From: a virus | Strand: one strand, 5' to 3' | IMG/VR virus record: IMGVR_UViG_3300044646_002092 | Coordinates: 32,001-96,000 of that record | DNA: 64,000 bases | Shown here: positions 36,158 through 45,628 of the stretch, piece after piece | Layout: every line of letters begins with the position of its first letter | Numbering within the stretch: the first letter of the stretch is position 1 | Notes under the pieces: generated by a model | The model's database searches: none | Seen by the model: the letters and a program-made list of their open reading frames with translations, nothing else | What the model was told of the DNA's origin: nothing | Position numbers and translations under genes: made by a program

Positions 36158-37554
36158 AAGTATTGCTTAATTTGTTCAAATTCACTACCAAGCCAATTCC
36201 AAAAACTCACATTGTCCCAGCTATACACCCTTTTGGGCAACGGCTGGGACATCACACTGAAGGCACTCGCGCCACTTTCAAGGTAAATACCGTTACATAG
36301 TCCTAAAATACCGCCAGCTATAGAAAAGAGATTGGAGTTTGTTGCGATTGTAGTTGCGTAAGAAGTTACAATGTTGATGTCTGCCGAATTTACTCTGAGA
36401 CGTAGTTCTGTAGCTGTTTTTTGAACCCAAATGTGTTGCCAAGCATTTGTGGGCGCGACCCACGAAGTTGAGATAACTGCACTGCCATTGATAGCCACCT
36501 CAAGATTATTACTGCTCGTTTTTTTAAGCGCAAACACACCATTCTTTTCTGCCAACGTCGCTTGACGACCTGCGGTTGGGGTCGTAAAATAGCAAAAACA
36601 ATTGAAAGTGAACTCATTAGGAAAAACAACATCTTCATAAGATATAGATGTACCCGCAGAAGCTACTAAACACTCGGTTCCAAATAATTTCTTTTCTGAC
36701 TCATATTCAATCCCCGACATTGATGCGATTTTTGAATTGCTGCTCTGGTCACTCAACCTACCATTGAAATCTAAGTGTAGGAGGCTCGAATTATTACTTG
36801 GGGATACATATGACATTAAATCTACTGCAACGTCTGGAATCCTCAAAACGAGACTATTAGAATAAATGATAGAATTTGGCTTGAGAGTTGTAGGAATCGA
36901 AATATCCGCCTCGAACCAAATGTTGTTGCTTGCATCAGTAATTCTTGCGAGATTTATTGTGCTATTAATACTCGGTAAAGTCTGCGTGTTACCATACTCG
37001 AAAAATATCTCGCCAAGTGTACCGATTTCTTTTTTTGACCATTTGCTCGGTGTCAGTGCTAGTGTGGCTTGCAGCGTATTGTTATTGTTGTAATACTTGG
37101 CGCTCAGCGCGCTGGGAAAGAGCGAAGCTGTACCTTTGAATAGTAAGTTAAGTATAGCGTTGCTAAGCGTAGCCGTGCCAAAGTCCAGTGTCAGTGTTAA
37201 GCCTGTACCAGAGTAGAGAGTTAGTTCGCTGCCAGCCTCTATGGTGACATCAGAAAATGCAGCATTAGCAACGATAATGCCGTCAGAGGTAGTAAGGCGG
37301 AGGGAGAGGGGTAGCGCATAGGTTGAGATGGCAGCTCCGAAATTGATGTCGAGTGTGTTAGTGCAAATGTTGTTTGTAATTATCCAGTAGCTTGCGTCTA
37401 GATTGAGCGCTGAGATGCCAAACAGTGTGTTGGTGATGTTAGTTCCGCTTGTGTCATGCAGAGTAGCTAGAATTGGCAAAGAAGCTGCTGTGATGGTTTG
37501 CTGCTTTATTACTTTTTCTGTGATATCGACGCAAGTGCTGAAGAGTGTGGTCAT
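36154..37554 (-). CDS. virion structural protein with a C-terminal LamG-like domain
   Basis: LLHLDFNG...EFTFNCFCYF...WQHIWVQK...LRVN; S/T-rich. Confidence 0.65.
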   Translation of the reverse strand: MTTLFSTCVDITEKVIKQQTITAASLPILATLHDTSGTNITNTLFGISALNLDASYWIITNNICTNTLDINFGAAISTYALPLSLRLTTSDGIIVANAAFSDVTIEAGSELTLYSGTGLTLTLDFGTATLSNAILNLLFKGTASLFPSALSAKYYNNNNTLQATLALTPSKWSKKEIGTLGEIFFEYGNTQTLPSINSTINLARITDASNNIWFEADISIPTTLKPNSIIYSNSLVLRIPDVAVDLMSYVSPSNNSSLLHLDFNGRLSDQSSNSKIASMSGIEYESEKKLFGTECLVASAGTSISYEDVVFPNEFTFNCFCYFTTPTAGRQATLAEKNGVFALKKTSSNNLEVAINGSAVISTSWVAPTNAWQHIWVQKTATELRLRVNSADINIVTSYATTIATNSNLFSIAGGILGLCNGIYLESGASAFSVMSQPLPKRVYSWDNVSFWNWLGSEFEQIKQYF

Positions 37555-38003
37555 TCTAAAGTAAATTGAGGGACAGGTCTTTTTATTTTTATCCCACTCT
37601 TGATAGTGGGTACAGGTTCTTCCATCATTCCGCCAAACCCTTTAAATGGGTCTTTGCGGAATCCTAGATACCCCGTAGGACTAGCTGCTGTGTCAGAAAC
37701 TTTGCGAATATCTGTAAATCCTTCTGAAATTGGTATACGTTTTGAGGTTGAGTATTTCTCAGAGGGCATATATACTTTAGCTTTTGGGTTATCGTTCTTA
37801 TATTTGTTTCCGTCCCAATACATAGATTGCCTAGCTAAATACATGGGTGTATCATCAGCCCAACCGCCCATAACTTTTTGATGAGTCTCGATGTCATATC
37901 CTGTATTGTTCAGATAGTTTTTGTTCCCTTGGTCTAATTGGAACTGTTTTTTCTTTAACCTATTAACAGTTCTAGTAATTCCGAAATCAGCAAAGTGTTG
38001 CAT
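37551..38003 (-). CDS. protein starting MQHFADF (FANF-tag family)
   Basis: N-terminal motif shared with 17379 and 56059. Confidence 0.6.
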   Translation of the reverse strand: MQHFADFGITRTVNRLKKKQFQLDQGNKNYLNNTGYDIETHQKVMGGWADDTPMYLARQSMYWDGNKYKNDNPKAKVYMPSEKYSTSKRIPISEGFTDIRKVSDTAASPTGYLGFRKDPFKGFGGMMEEPVPTIKSGIKIKRPVPQFTLE

Positions 38004-38071
38004 ATTAGTCTTTAAGTAGTTAATCTTATTGTACCAAAGAGGTATTGCAATGCAAATGATATTGTGGTAAT

Positions 38072-38566
38072 TTGAATACGAACATTATACAGACACCTAT
38101 GATTGAAACTCTCGGTTCGCCAGCATCCTCTTTTATGCAAGAAAGGTTGGACAAGTCCAGAAACTTTTTGCGCGAATATTCAGAAATTATCGATACATAT
38201 CTTGTTGGTCTTAGCACTCGACTAGGTATTCCTTTTACTTTCGAGATTGATTGTGAGAATGGTTCGGTAATCTTCAAACGCCAACTACCTCCGAAAGGTA
38301 AATTGCTGGGTATCACGTACACTTTCGATGAAGAAACTCTATTCTTTAAAGAACCGACCGCAGAATTACTTCGTGTATCTATCGCATCCTTGAGATATTG
38401 CATCACAAAAACATTGCTTAAATTCAGCGACCAATTTTACCGAGATAGATTTGAGGGTAAGCCATTTGTTGACGACTCGTTGTTTGAATATACCAACAAG
38501 GATGGTTCTACCAGTTTGATTCGAGTTGACGCTATTGACTGGTCATCTGTGTTCGAGGCTGTTTAG
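38072..38566 (+). CDS. hypothetical protein
   Basis: 164-aa ORF. Confidence 0.65.
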   Translation: MNTNIIQTPMIETLGSPASSFMQERLDKSRNFLREYSEIIDTYLVGLSTRLGIPFTFEIDCENGSVIFKRQLPPKGKLLGITYTFDEETLFFKEPTAELLRVSIASLRYCITKTLLKFSDQFYRDRFEGKPFVDDSLFEYTNKDGSTSLIRVDAIDWSSVFEAV

Positions 38567-38687
38567 CTAAATTTCGCTGACGTTCTTTTCTGCATCGAGC
38601 GTCAGCGAGTATCTCAATCGCCGAAGGGCTAGAAGAAAATATCCGAGAAGAAGAAGAAGTAGAAGTATAAAGGAGATATTTAAACTA

Positions 38688-38843
38688 TTAGCACCAAGGC
38701 ACTGTAAGGTTTTCAGTGTATTTTAGTGTTAGCAAAACAACTTATTAAATTAGCAAAGTAGCCCATACAAACCTAAAAAATTATAAAACAGCCCTATTCG
38801 GTTAGCACTCTAACAGCAAAATCACTGCTAATAGGTATGCTAA
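38688..38843. repeat. TTAGCA direct repeats x4 plus TGCTAA inverted copies x2 in an AT-rich intergenic region (origin/operator candidate)
   Basis: copies at 38688, 38729, 38750, 38802; inverted at 38826, 38838. Confidence 0.5.
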
Positions 38844-38872
38844 TATAATAATAGGAAACTAATTAAATAAGT

Positions 38873-39520
38873 ATGGAAGATAATTTAGCTCTCGTAGCAC
38901 AAGTAGAAAAAAGCCTGTGGCGTAACCCTACAGATGAGGAGGGTGTTTTGCAACTGTTTAGTGATGCCGATAGACCATTAGCTAGTGTCCTTGTAGGTGG
39001 TTTTGTCAGTATGCAAAAGCAGATGGCGGAAATCAAATCGCTTATCACTACTATTGCAAGTAACAAGACCAACTCAGTAACACCGACAGAGTTAGGTATG
39101 TTCTTCAGCATGGACGCTTACAAGTACCTTATTGAAGACTTTAGCCTTATAGAGGACAAAGTGGCTTACAAAGGTGAAATATGCGGTCAGAGTGATTCGG
39201 TGATTTTGCAGTTATCTATACGGCTTGAAGATTTCTTTGGTTCTAAGGATGTTCACTTTGCTAATTTGTTCAAGGGATTGCGCCGAGCTTTGACTAAACG
39301 TGGTAATGTATTGCAAGATTATAAACTACTCCTACAAAATGAGCTAGATGAGTATTTCAATCAACACAAGAAAGCAAAACGAATTAAGTTCAAGACTATC
39401 GCAGACATTTTTTCTGAACTGCCAGACATGACAGAGCAAAAACTGAAACTGTGGCTTGAAGAATTAGGTTACAGACCTAAGCCCGATGTAAACCGAGTAT
39501 TGTGGTATACAGACAAATAA
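38873..39520 (+). CDS. hypothetical protein
   Basis: 215-aa ORF directly after the repeat region. Confidence 0.7.
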   Translation: MEDNLALVAQVEKSLWRNPTDEEGVLQLFSDADRPLASVLVGGFVSMQKQMAEIKSLITTIASNKTNSVTPTELGMFFSMDAYKYLIEDFSLIEDKVAYKGEICGQSDSVILQLSIRLEDFFGSKDVHFANLFKGLRRALTKRGNVLQDYKLLLQNELDEYFNQHKKAKRIKFKTIADIFSELPDMTEQKLKLWLEELGYRPKPDVNRVLWYTDK

Positions 39521-39521
39521 A

Positions 39522-39965
39522 ATGACACAAACATTTGTACGGTTAGAAGACTCTAAAGGTTCTGAGATTCTATACTTGAATTTACCAGAAATGCGAATTG
39601 AAGAAATTACCGATAGAATATCTATCACTAGTTACAAGGGTAACATTGGTATACTTTCCGAGCTATCTTTACCTTTAGATTTTGTAAGTTATTCTGGTGC
39701 TTTAGGTGATTTACTTATCCAATACAAACTAGAAAATTTATATAAAGTTAGTGCAAACTTAGCAGAGAATATTTTGTGGTTATCTTGTAAAGCTAAACCG
39801 TCTTGCTCTGTAAGTTTTGAAATGGTTCCTTTGACCTCTAACCCTCTCTTCAGGACTAAGAACGCAAAAACAGTAGCTGCCAGACTATTCCACGACTTAC
39901 TGATTAAGATGGATAAACTAGAATCAGCTTTCCGTGTTTATACCGATTACCTACAGGAAAAATAA
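39522..39965 (+). CDS. hypothetical protein
   Basis: 147-aa ORF. Confidence 0.65.
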   Translation: MTQTFVRLEDSKGSEILYLNLPEMRIEEITDRISITSYKGNIGILSELSLPLDFVSYSGALGDLLIQYKLENLYKVSANLAENILWLSCKAKPSCSVSFEMVPLTSNPLFRTKNAKTVAARLFHDLLIKMDKLESAFRVYTDYLQEK

Positions 39966-40057
39966 ATACCCTGAACAACAAAGTAATCACAAACTTCCGC
40001 GACCATCCATCCCTCCGTTTCAATGACCCACAATCTGTATTCAAAATCGATGACAAA

Positions 40058-40324
40058 GTGTATCTCATCAAGGAAGATGTTGTGCGCCAAATCAGACCAC
40101 TAAGTATTCGCCACACTAATTTAGGTGAGCCTTACGCAAAATTAGTTCGTCTCAATTATTTCTTTTCTGCTGAAGCACATCTTTTCGACTTTACCGATGT
40201 ACTTAACGAGCAGCATCAATTGTGTATCGACTTTGCCCCAGAAGACGAAGAAGCTCTGAGGCAATTGCTCGACCAGCCTACGACTCTAATTGAGTCCTTA
40301 AATAAGGCTGGCTTGCTTGATTAA
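40058..40324 (+). CDS. hypothetical protein (start may lie further upstream)
   Basis: 88-aa ORF; frame is open back to about 39970. Confidence 0.55.
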   Translation: MYLIKEDVVRQIRPLSIRHTNLGEPYAKLVRLNYFFSAEAHLFDFTDVLNEQHQLCIDFAPEDEEALRQLLDQPTTLIESLNKAGLLD

Positions 40325-40677
40325 AGCCTACAAACTTGCACATTCAGCACCCCACTATCTAAACTCCCGATAGCACTGAACGCAGCTTGTGACAAATCAA
40401 TATTGTCCCCGAAGTCTCCAGTATCATTCGCGTAAACCTCCACAGAAGCTCCTGTACGCTCGTTTGTGACTCTGTAGTTACCGAAACCTCTCCAGTCTGC
40501 TATTGCGGCTGTGTAACCCGAATTACTGAATGTCTCACCATTTGCGGTTTGTCTATTTTCGTAGTAATCCGAGTAGAAAGTAGCGGTCGCGTAAAAGCAT
40601 TCAGCTAGGGCGTTTGCAGGGCTTGAAACTGTTGCCAATAGTGCCAAACTTGCTGCGGAAATATTTTTAATTAGCAA
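40321..40677 (-). CDS. RlpA-like (DPBB) lytic transglycosylase with signal peptide
   Basis: signal peptide, ATFYSD...TANGETF...TAA...RVTNERTGASVEV..NDTG...IDLSQAAFSAIG. Confidence 0.85.
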   Translation of the reverse strand: MLIKNISAASLALLATVSSPANALAECFYATATFYSDYYENRQTANGETFSNSGYTAAIADWRGFGNYRVTNERTGASVEVYANDTGDFGDNIDLSQAAFSAIGSLDSGVLNVQVCRL

Positions 40678-40738
40678 ACCGTGATTCCATTACTTTATTT
40701 CATAAACTACCGTAGCATACTGAGTAAATATACCTTCA

Positions 40739-40772
40739 GACAGATGCAGAAAAGAGAATTGGCGCTTAGTAT
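40739..40772 (+). promoter_or_regulatory. phage promoter motif GACAGATG-N20-TAGTAT
   Basis: intergenic, upstream of ORF 40877. Confidence 0.6.
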
Positions 40773-40876
40773 GGAGTCATGTTTGTACATTTAATTCTGC
40801 CACTCACATTAGCGCTCGTCATTCCTGCACTTCTTGGCTACATCGCATTGAAACTTTATTTTGGTAATTAATTGGC

Positions 40877-41347
40877 ATGACTGAATCTATCGCACTAAAC
40901 CCTACTACCGAACTTTCCACCGAAGAAAATGAGCTACTCCTTTCTGCAATCAACTTGAGCAGTCAAGAAAAGAGCGTCCAAGCCGAGTTGAAAGACGTAA
41001 AGGCAAAAGTGACCGAACTGTTTACAAAACGCTTTGACACCGCAAAAACTGGCACAATCGCGAAGCTTGGTAAATCGAGCATCCAAGTCAAGCGAAAAGC
41101 TGGCAAAGTCGTGTTGACCGATGAGCTACTCGAACTAGCAAACAATATCGATGGCGCTAGAACTGATTTAATCGCGGCAAATGAAGGTGAAGTCCAGAAG
41201 TTGCAGAAACAAATTGAAGCTCTGCAACAACAGATTCTTGCATTGCAGACTAACGAAGAAATTGAGTTCATGGAGTTCGACTTCAAACAACGTGTGGCTG
41301 CACTGCCTGAGCCTGAAGCGACCTATGAAGTTGCGATTAAGGTTTAA
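40877..41347 (+). CDS. coiled-coil hypothetical protein
   Basis: 156-aa ORF. Confidence 0.7.
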   Translation: MTESIALNPTTELSTEENELLLSAINLSSQEKSVQAELKDVKAKVTELFTKRFDTAKTGTIAKLGKSSIQVKRKAGKVVLTDELLELANNIDGARTDLIAANEGEVQKLQKQIEALQQQILALQTNEEIEFMEFDFKQRVAALPEPEATYEVAIKV

Positions 41348-44300
41348 CTGTAAAGTGACCTCTCCCCCAACCCCAGATATTCATATATATTAGTTTCAAT
41401 TGACTGAATCTCAGCCGTAGTAAGCTGTCTGCCATAAAGCAAACAACCCAAGAAAAGTCCATTTACGTTGCTTGCTATCGAATCGATTGTTAGTGCGCTG
41501 CTTGAACTAAATACCAATACCTGAGCGTCAGTGCTGTCTAGATTAGAATCTAAAGGCACTGACGCTTTTTTTTGCCTACAATCTGTAATTATCTGAGGAA
41601 TACTAGCTCCGTCGCTACTGTAAAATTCCAATTGGTCTGTGTAGTTGCTTATCAGGACACTATCAGCCGTTAGAGCGTTAGCATAGCCATATAGTCCAGT
41701 ACTAACGAAACTTTTTGGCGTAGTCCAGTTGTCAGAAAAAGAGTACAGAAAAGAAGTACTTTCATTAGGACTTCCCACTAGCAAGTCATAATTGGCGTTG
41801 AAGGATAAAGAATACCCAAAGTTAGCGGTCGCACTTGTAATAGTCTTTACTACACTCCAAGTGCCAGTTTCATATTTCCAAATTTTTACTTCGCCAGAGA
41901 AGTTAGCGGTCGCCAAGTAATCGTCCTTCAGCGCAAAATCCAAGTCTGCGCCTGTAATTGTTTGGGTGAGCGTGTCTGAGTCGAAAACCCTAACATTGCC
42001 TGAGTTGTCCTGCGCCGCCCAACGAGACAAAGAAAAATTACCCAGAATTTTTTTCCCGAAAAAGTTGAAGACGTTACTAGGGGTCGTGTTATAGATGCCA
42101 GCAGTCGATGTGAACTTGTAGATGTTGTTGCTACCTTGAACCGAAGCCAAAAGCGCCGTATTATCGTCCCTTACAAAAGCTGCCAGACCGAAACCATCGA
42201 CGTAAGGCACAGGACTAGTTTGCCCCAAATTGAGGCTAGATGTCCAAGTTGCTGCTCCAGTTCTTGTGAAGTGAAGTACGCGACCCTCGCCCAAGTTACT
42301 ATTTTTAACACCAATGCAAATCAAATCTCCAGTGTTATTTATTTGAAGCGAGGCGTTAGCCAGAGCAGCAGCATCACCTAAAGTTAGCGCCAAAGTTACA
42401 GCCGAATCAAATCGCCACACACCAGAGATTCGCCGTACCACTTTGACCGTGTTTGCCAAGTCGTCAATGTAAACTAAATTACTCTCGTCTTCCGAAATTG
42501 CCACCTTACTGAATCGACCCAACTGCGTAGAAACTTTTACAAAATCGCCTTCGTTAAATTGGAGTGCGCCAACTAACTGAGTACCAGAGCCGCCATTGAA
42601 TGTATAGCCAGAAGCTGAGCCAACATATTTTCGATAAGACTTAGCCACCAACTCCCGATAAACAAAAAATAAGGTACGAACGCCAACCACCGAAGAAGAC
42701 AAATTTATTTTCTGCCCTGAGCTTGCGATGTTATAAGTCTTGCCATATAAGAGTGAAGTTTCCAATGTCGAACTAGTTGTCGCGTTAGCTGTTGCAGTGA
42801 GATTAGGTATTGTGCCGCTAGTTACGCTTGATTTAGCAAAGTAGCCGTCAAGATATCCAGAAATATTCGTGATGCCGAAAGTACGTGACTCATTAAGACT
42901 CACTTCATAATCTTGATAGTAAGTGCTGTTTGAAATTCTTATGGTAATTGGTGTTCGGGCTGGACGTACTGCAAAATTGCTTAGAACTAGCTGGAAAGTT
43001 GCTGTAAGCGAATTTGGTGCTACAGATACAGTACTAACATTTAGAGTTGCTTCATTTAATTGCCAGTCGGAATTATCAGGAATTAGTAAGTGTAAAAAAT
43101 AAACTGTGGAATCTGAGTATGAGCCAGCTTGGGTAATTGTATATGTGGTGGTTGAATTAGGAGCGACAGAAGTTGCGCCAGCAACGGAAAAAATTTGCCT
43201 AGAAAAAATCCCCTGAAAATTTGAAGACGTTTTGTTCCTGAACTTAATCGGATAAAATTGTTCGACCTTGGCTTGAGGCAGGAGTGTAGCGACTTGGGGG
43301 AAGTATTGGTCAAGATTCGCTACTCGCTCATAGGCAGAAAAAGAAATTAGGCTGTAGTTTCCTGTAGGTGCTTGGTACTTACTCGAATTAAACCAGAACT
43401 TGTAGCTCGGTATTTTAATTTGTAGCGTTGTAGTAAGCTTTAGTACGCCATTGAACCATACTTTGACAGCAAACTGGCTAAACTCTAGCCGAAGCACTTG
43501 AGCAGGCTCTGAAGTGTCAAAAGTGCCAATATCCTGTAGATTGATGGCGCTTGAGTTGAGTCTGCCAAATTTAAGCAGATTGTCCAGTTTCCTTACAAAA
43601 AAACTGAGGTTAGGCGAGTCCCAGTAGCTTAGTAGCTCTACATTTGCGCCGATGTTAGCTGATAAAAATCGTAGCTCGACTGTAAAGCTTGATGTGAGAG
43701 GTCGAGCGCTTTGTATGGCAAGGGAATTGGGCGTTACTAGCTTCGTCTGTGTCTTGTAGTTATTTGTAGTCGTGTCGGTCGGTTTTGTGAAGTTGCCAAT
43801 CTCGTCAGCATATTTTAGGTAGCAGATTTGATTGTCGCTTGGTTGGTACGCCGTCAACGCGCCAGCGAAAACCTCTGCACTTATTGATAAAAGCCAAGGT
43901 AATGCCACAGACTTGTAGCCAATATTTTTGACATCACCAGTGAAGTTGCCAATCTTGAAAGTGCCAGACTGAATTTTGTAGTTGAAGGTGAGAGTAGCCG
44001 CCGACTCGTTCACTTTAATACTCAGCACATTTCCTTTTCTGACAACGCGCAGTAGCGCCCAAGTGGCATCGTTTACAGTAAGACCACTTGATATAGTTTC
44101 AAAGACACCAGAAGCTATCTGACGCTTAATTACTAGCACACCAGAGATGATTGCAAACGTGAAATTATCCGCTATAGTAAATAAAGTTTGATTTATAACT
44201 CCAGAGGGATAAAATTGCCCAAAAAAGGAAAAATCGTACTTGTTTGTTACGGCTGAGTAGCTTGTAGATGAAGTGGTGTAGGAGGTCGTGCTGCTATCGT

Positions 44301-44385
44301 ATACGTCCAAAGGAGTAGGTAGATAGTTCTGCTCGGTTTCGGTGAGTTGAAGTCGTTCGGGAGAATAGGTAAATCGTGGATGCAT
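41344..44385 (-). CDS. large virion protein (LamG-like N-terminus, beta-propeller-like C-terminus)
   Basis: 1013 aa, S/T-rich; repeated FGYSLS/YGYANA-type blades. Confidence 0.65.
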   Translation of the reverse strand: MHPRFTYSPERLQLTETEQNYLPTPLDVYDSSTTSYTTSSTSYSAVTNKYDFSFFGQFYPSGVINQTLFTIADNFTFAIISGVLVIKRQIASGVFETISSGLTVNDATWALLRVVRKGNVLSIKVNESAATLTFNYKIQSGTFKIGNFTGDVKNIGYKSVALPWLLSISAEVFAGALTAYQPSDNQICYLKYADEIGNFTKPTDTTTNNYKTQTKLVTPNSLAIQSARPLTSSFTVELRFLSANIGANVELLSYWDSPNLSFFVRKLDNLLKFGRLNSSAINLQDIGTFDTSEPAQVLRLEFSQFAVKVWFNGVLKLTTTLQIKIPSYKFWFNSSKYQAPTGNYSLISFSAYERVANLDQYFPQVATLLPQAKVEQFYPIKFRNKTSSNFQGIFSRQIFSVAGATSVAPNSTTTYTITQAGSYSDSTVYFLHLLIPDNSDWQLNEATLNVSTVSVAPNSLTATFQLVLSNFAVRPARTPITIRISNSTYYQDYEVSLNESRTFGITNISGYLDGYFAKSSVTSGTIPNLTATANATTSSTLETSLLYGKTYNIASSGQKINLSSSVVGVRTLFFVYRELVAKSYRKYVGSASGYTFNGGSGTQLVGALQFNEGDFVKVSTQLGRFSKVAISEDESNLVYIDDLANTVKVVRRISGVWRFDSAVTLALTLGDAAALANASLQINNTGDLICIGVKNSNLGEGRVLHFTRTGAATWTSSLNLGQTSPVPYVDGFGLAAFVRDDNTALLASVQGSNNIYKFTSTAGIYNTTPSNVFNFFGKKILGNFSLSRWAAQDNSGNVRVFDSDTLTQTITGADLDFALKDDYLATANFSGEVKIWKYETGTWSVVKTITSATANFGYSLSFNANYDLLVGSPNESTSFLYSFSDNWTTPKSFVSTGLYGYANALTADSVLISNYTDQLEFYSSDGASIPQIITDCRQKKASVPLDSNLDSTDAQVLVFSSSSALTIDSIASNVNGLFLGCLLYGRQLTTAEIQSIETNIYEYLGLGERSLYS

Positions 44386-44386
44386 T

Positions 44387-44743
44387 TTAGACCGTTACGA
44401 TAACATTAGCAAAACCAACTACACTAATTGAGCCTGTAAGGGAAGCGTAAGCCTTGATAACTAAGCTCCCAGTTACTGTGACACCCGAAAGAATCGGCAC
44501 TAGTCCACGACCTGCGGGAATTACTTGTGAAAATATTTGAGAGGCGCTCGAACCTCCCACTAACACATATAAAGTCTGGTCAATATTAGAATAGTTAAAT
44601 GCCGATACCCAAAGTTCGTGAATATCGGTAGACCCCGCAGTGTGTATAGTATTGGCACTACCTGAAGTGGTAGCATTGATGGCTATTGGCAAACCATTTG
44701 TGCTACCACCTAAAATCGACTTCTGAAAAGTATCCACAGACAT
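44387..44743 (-). CDS. small virion structural protein
   Basis: 118-aa all-beta composition; adjacent to the fibre-like gene. Confidence 0.55.
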   Translation of the reverse strand: MSVDTFQKSILGGSTNGLPIAINATTSGSANTIHTAGSTDIHELWVSAFNYSNIDQTLYVLVGGSSASQIFSQVIPAGRGLVPILSGVTVTGSLVIKAYASLTGSISVVGFANVIVTV

Positions 44744-44776
44744 TAATTATTGATAAATATATGTCTCTAGTTTACC

Positions 44777-45460
44777 TTAGATTGCGGGAAGCAAGTTTTG
44801 GTCTAAAAAGCCCATAAGTTTGTCACCAGAATCTTTGACTGAATTAACAGCTTTCCACTTTTTTGCGTCTGGGTTGCGAGACAGTTGTAATTTCTCGAAA
44901 TCTTCAAGTAGAGATACGATAGTTACTTCATCAGCAGTCAGACCATTTTTACGAGTTTCGATACCTACAAGCTTATTATTGTGCTTGTTGACAGTTGCAA
45001 AATGCATATCTTCGCACTCACGACCTCGAAGTTCGCCCATAAGTCCATGATATTTTTCAAGCTGCTTTTGTCTCGATACAGATTTGGTATTGTGGCGAAT
45101 AATTGCTTCAAGGTCATCGCTGCGTTCAACGATAGAGTCAGCAAGTGCCATGTCAGCTTTCAGGTAAGCATGGAAAGTCTGCTTGACAAAGACTTCAAAA
45201 TCTGGATTAAGCCACTCAGCCAATTTAATTGCAACTAGAGGATGAACCCATGTACCTCCTGTCCTGCCTTGCTTTGTTTGTATTAGGACGCTTTTATCGA
45301 CCATTAAATTTGAACAGCAAGACTCGATAAATTTAGGTGTGCTGTCCAAATCCATAAACCTTTTCCATTCACGACCTTTGCCAAACTGTTTGCACCATTT
45401 TGTAGCGTTAATAAAATTGTCGCTAACACGTTGAGAGCTTTCTACCAATTCATCAAACAT
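44777..45460 (-). CDS. KilA-N domain protein (paralogue of 34849)
   Basis: FINATKWCKQFGKGREW...GGTWVHPLVAIKLAEWLNPDF. Confidence 0.88.
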   Translation of the reverse strand: MFDELVESSQRVSDNFINATKWCKQFGKGREWKRFMDLDSTPKFIESCCSNLMVDKSVLIQTKQGRTGGTWVHPLVAIKLAEWLNPDFEVFVKQTFHAYLKADMALADSIVERSDDLEAIIRHNTKSVSRQKQLEKYHGLMGELRGRECEDMHFATVNKHNNKLVGIETRKNGLTADEVTIVSLLEDFEKLQLSRNPDAKKWKAVNSVKDSGDKLMGFLDQNLLPAI

Positions 45461-45490
45461 AGATTATGTCTTTATATTTACAATAACTAT

Positions 45491-45524
45491 ATTAAAGCAC
45501 ATCTAGTTTAGTAAAACATCTATC
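45491..45524 (-). promoter_or_regulatory. phage promoter motif GATAGATG-N20-TTTAAT
   Basis: CATCTATC at 45517-45524, upstream of the - strand KilA-N gene. Confidence 0.55.
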
Positions 45525-45540
45525 TAAAGACATATATAAT

Positions 45541-45568
45541 AAAAATCCAGCCGCTAAGCTGGAAAAAA
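45541..45568 (-). terminator. intrinsic terminator after ruvC
   Basis: CCAGC-CGCTAA-GCTGG flanked by A runs. Confidence 0.6.
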
Positions 45569-45628
45569 TTGTAAATATAAATAGACAACTCCAAGTTTAC
45601 TATAAAGTGAGATATTCCGTCTATTATT

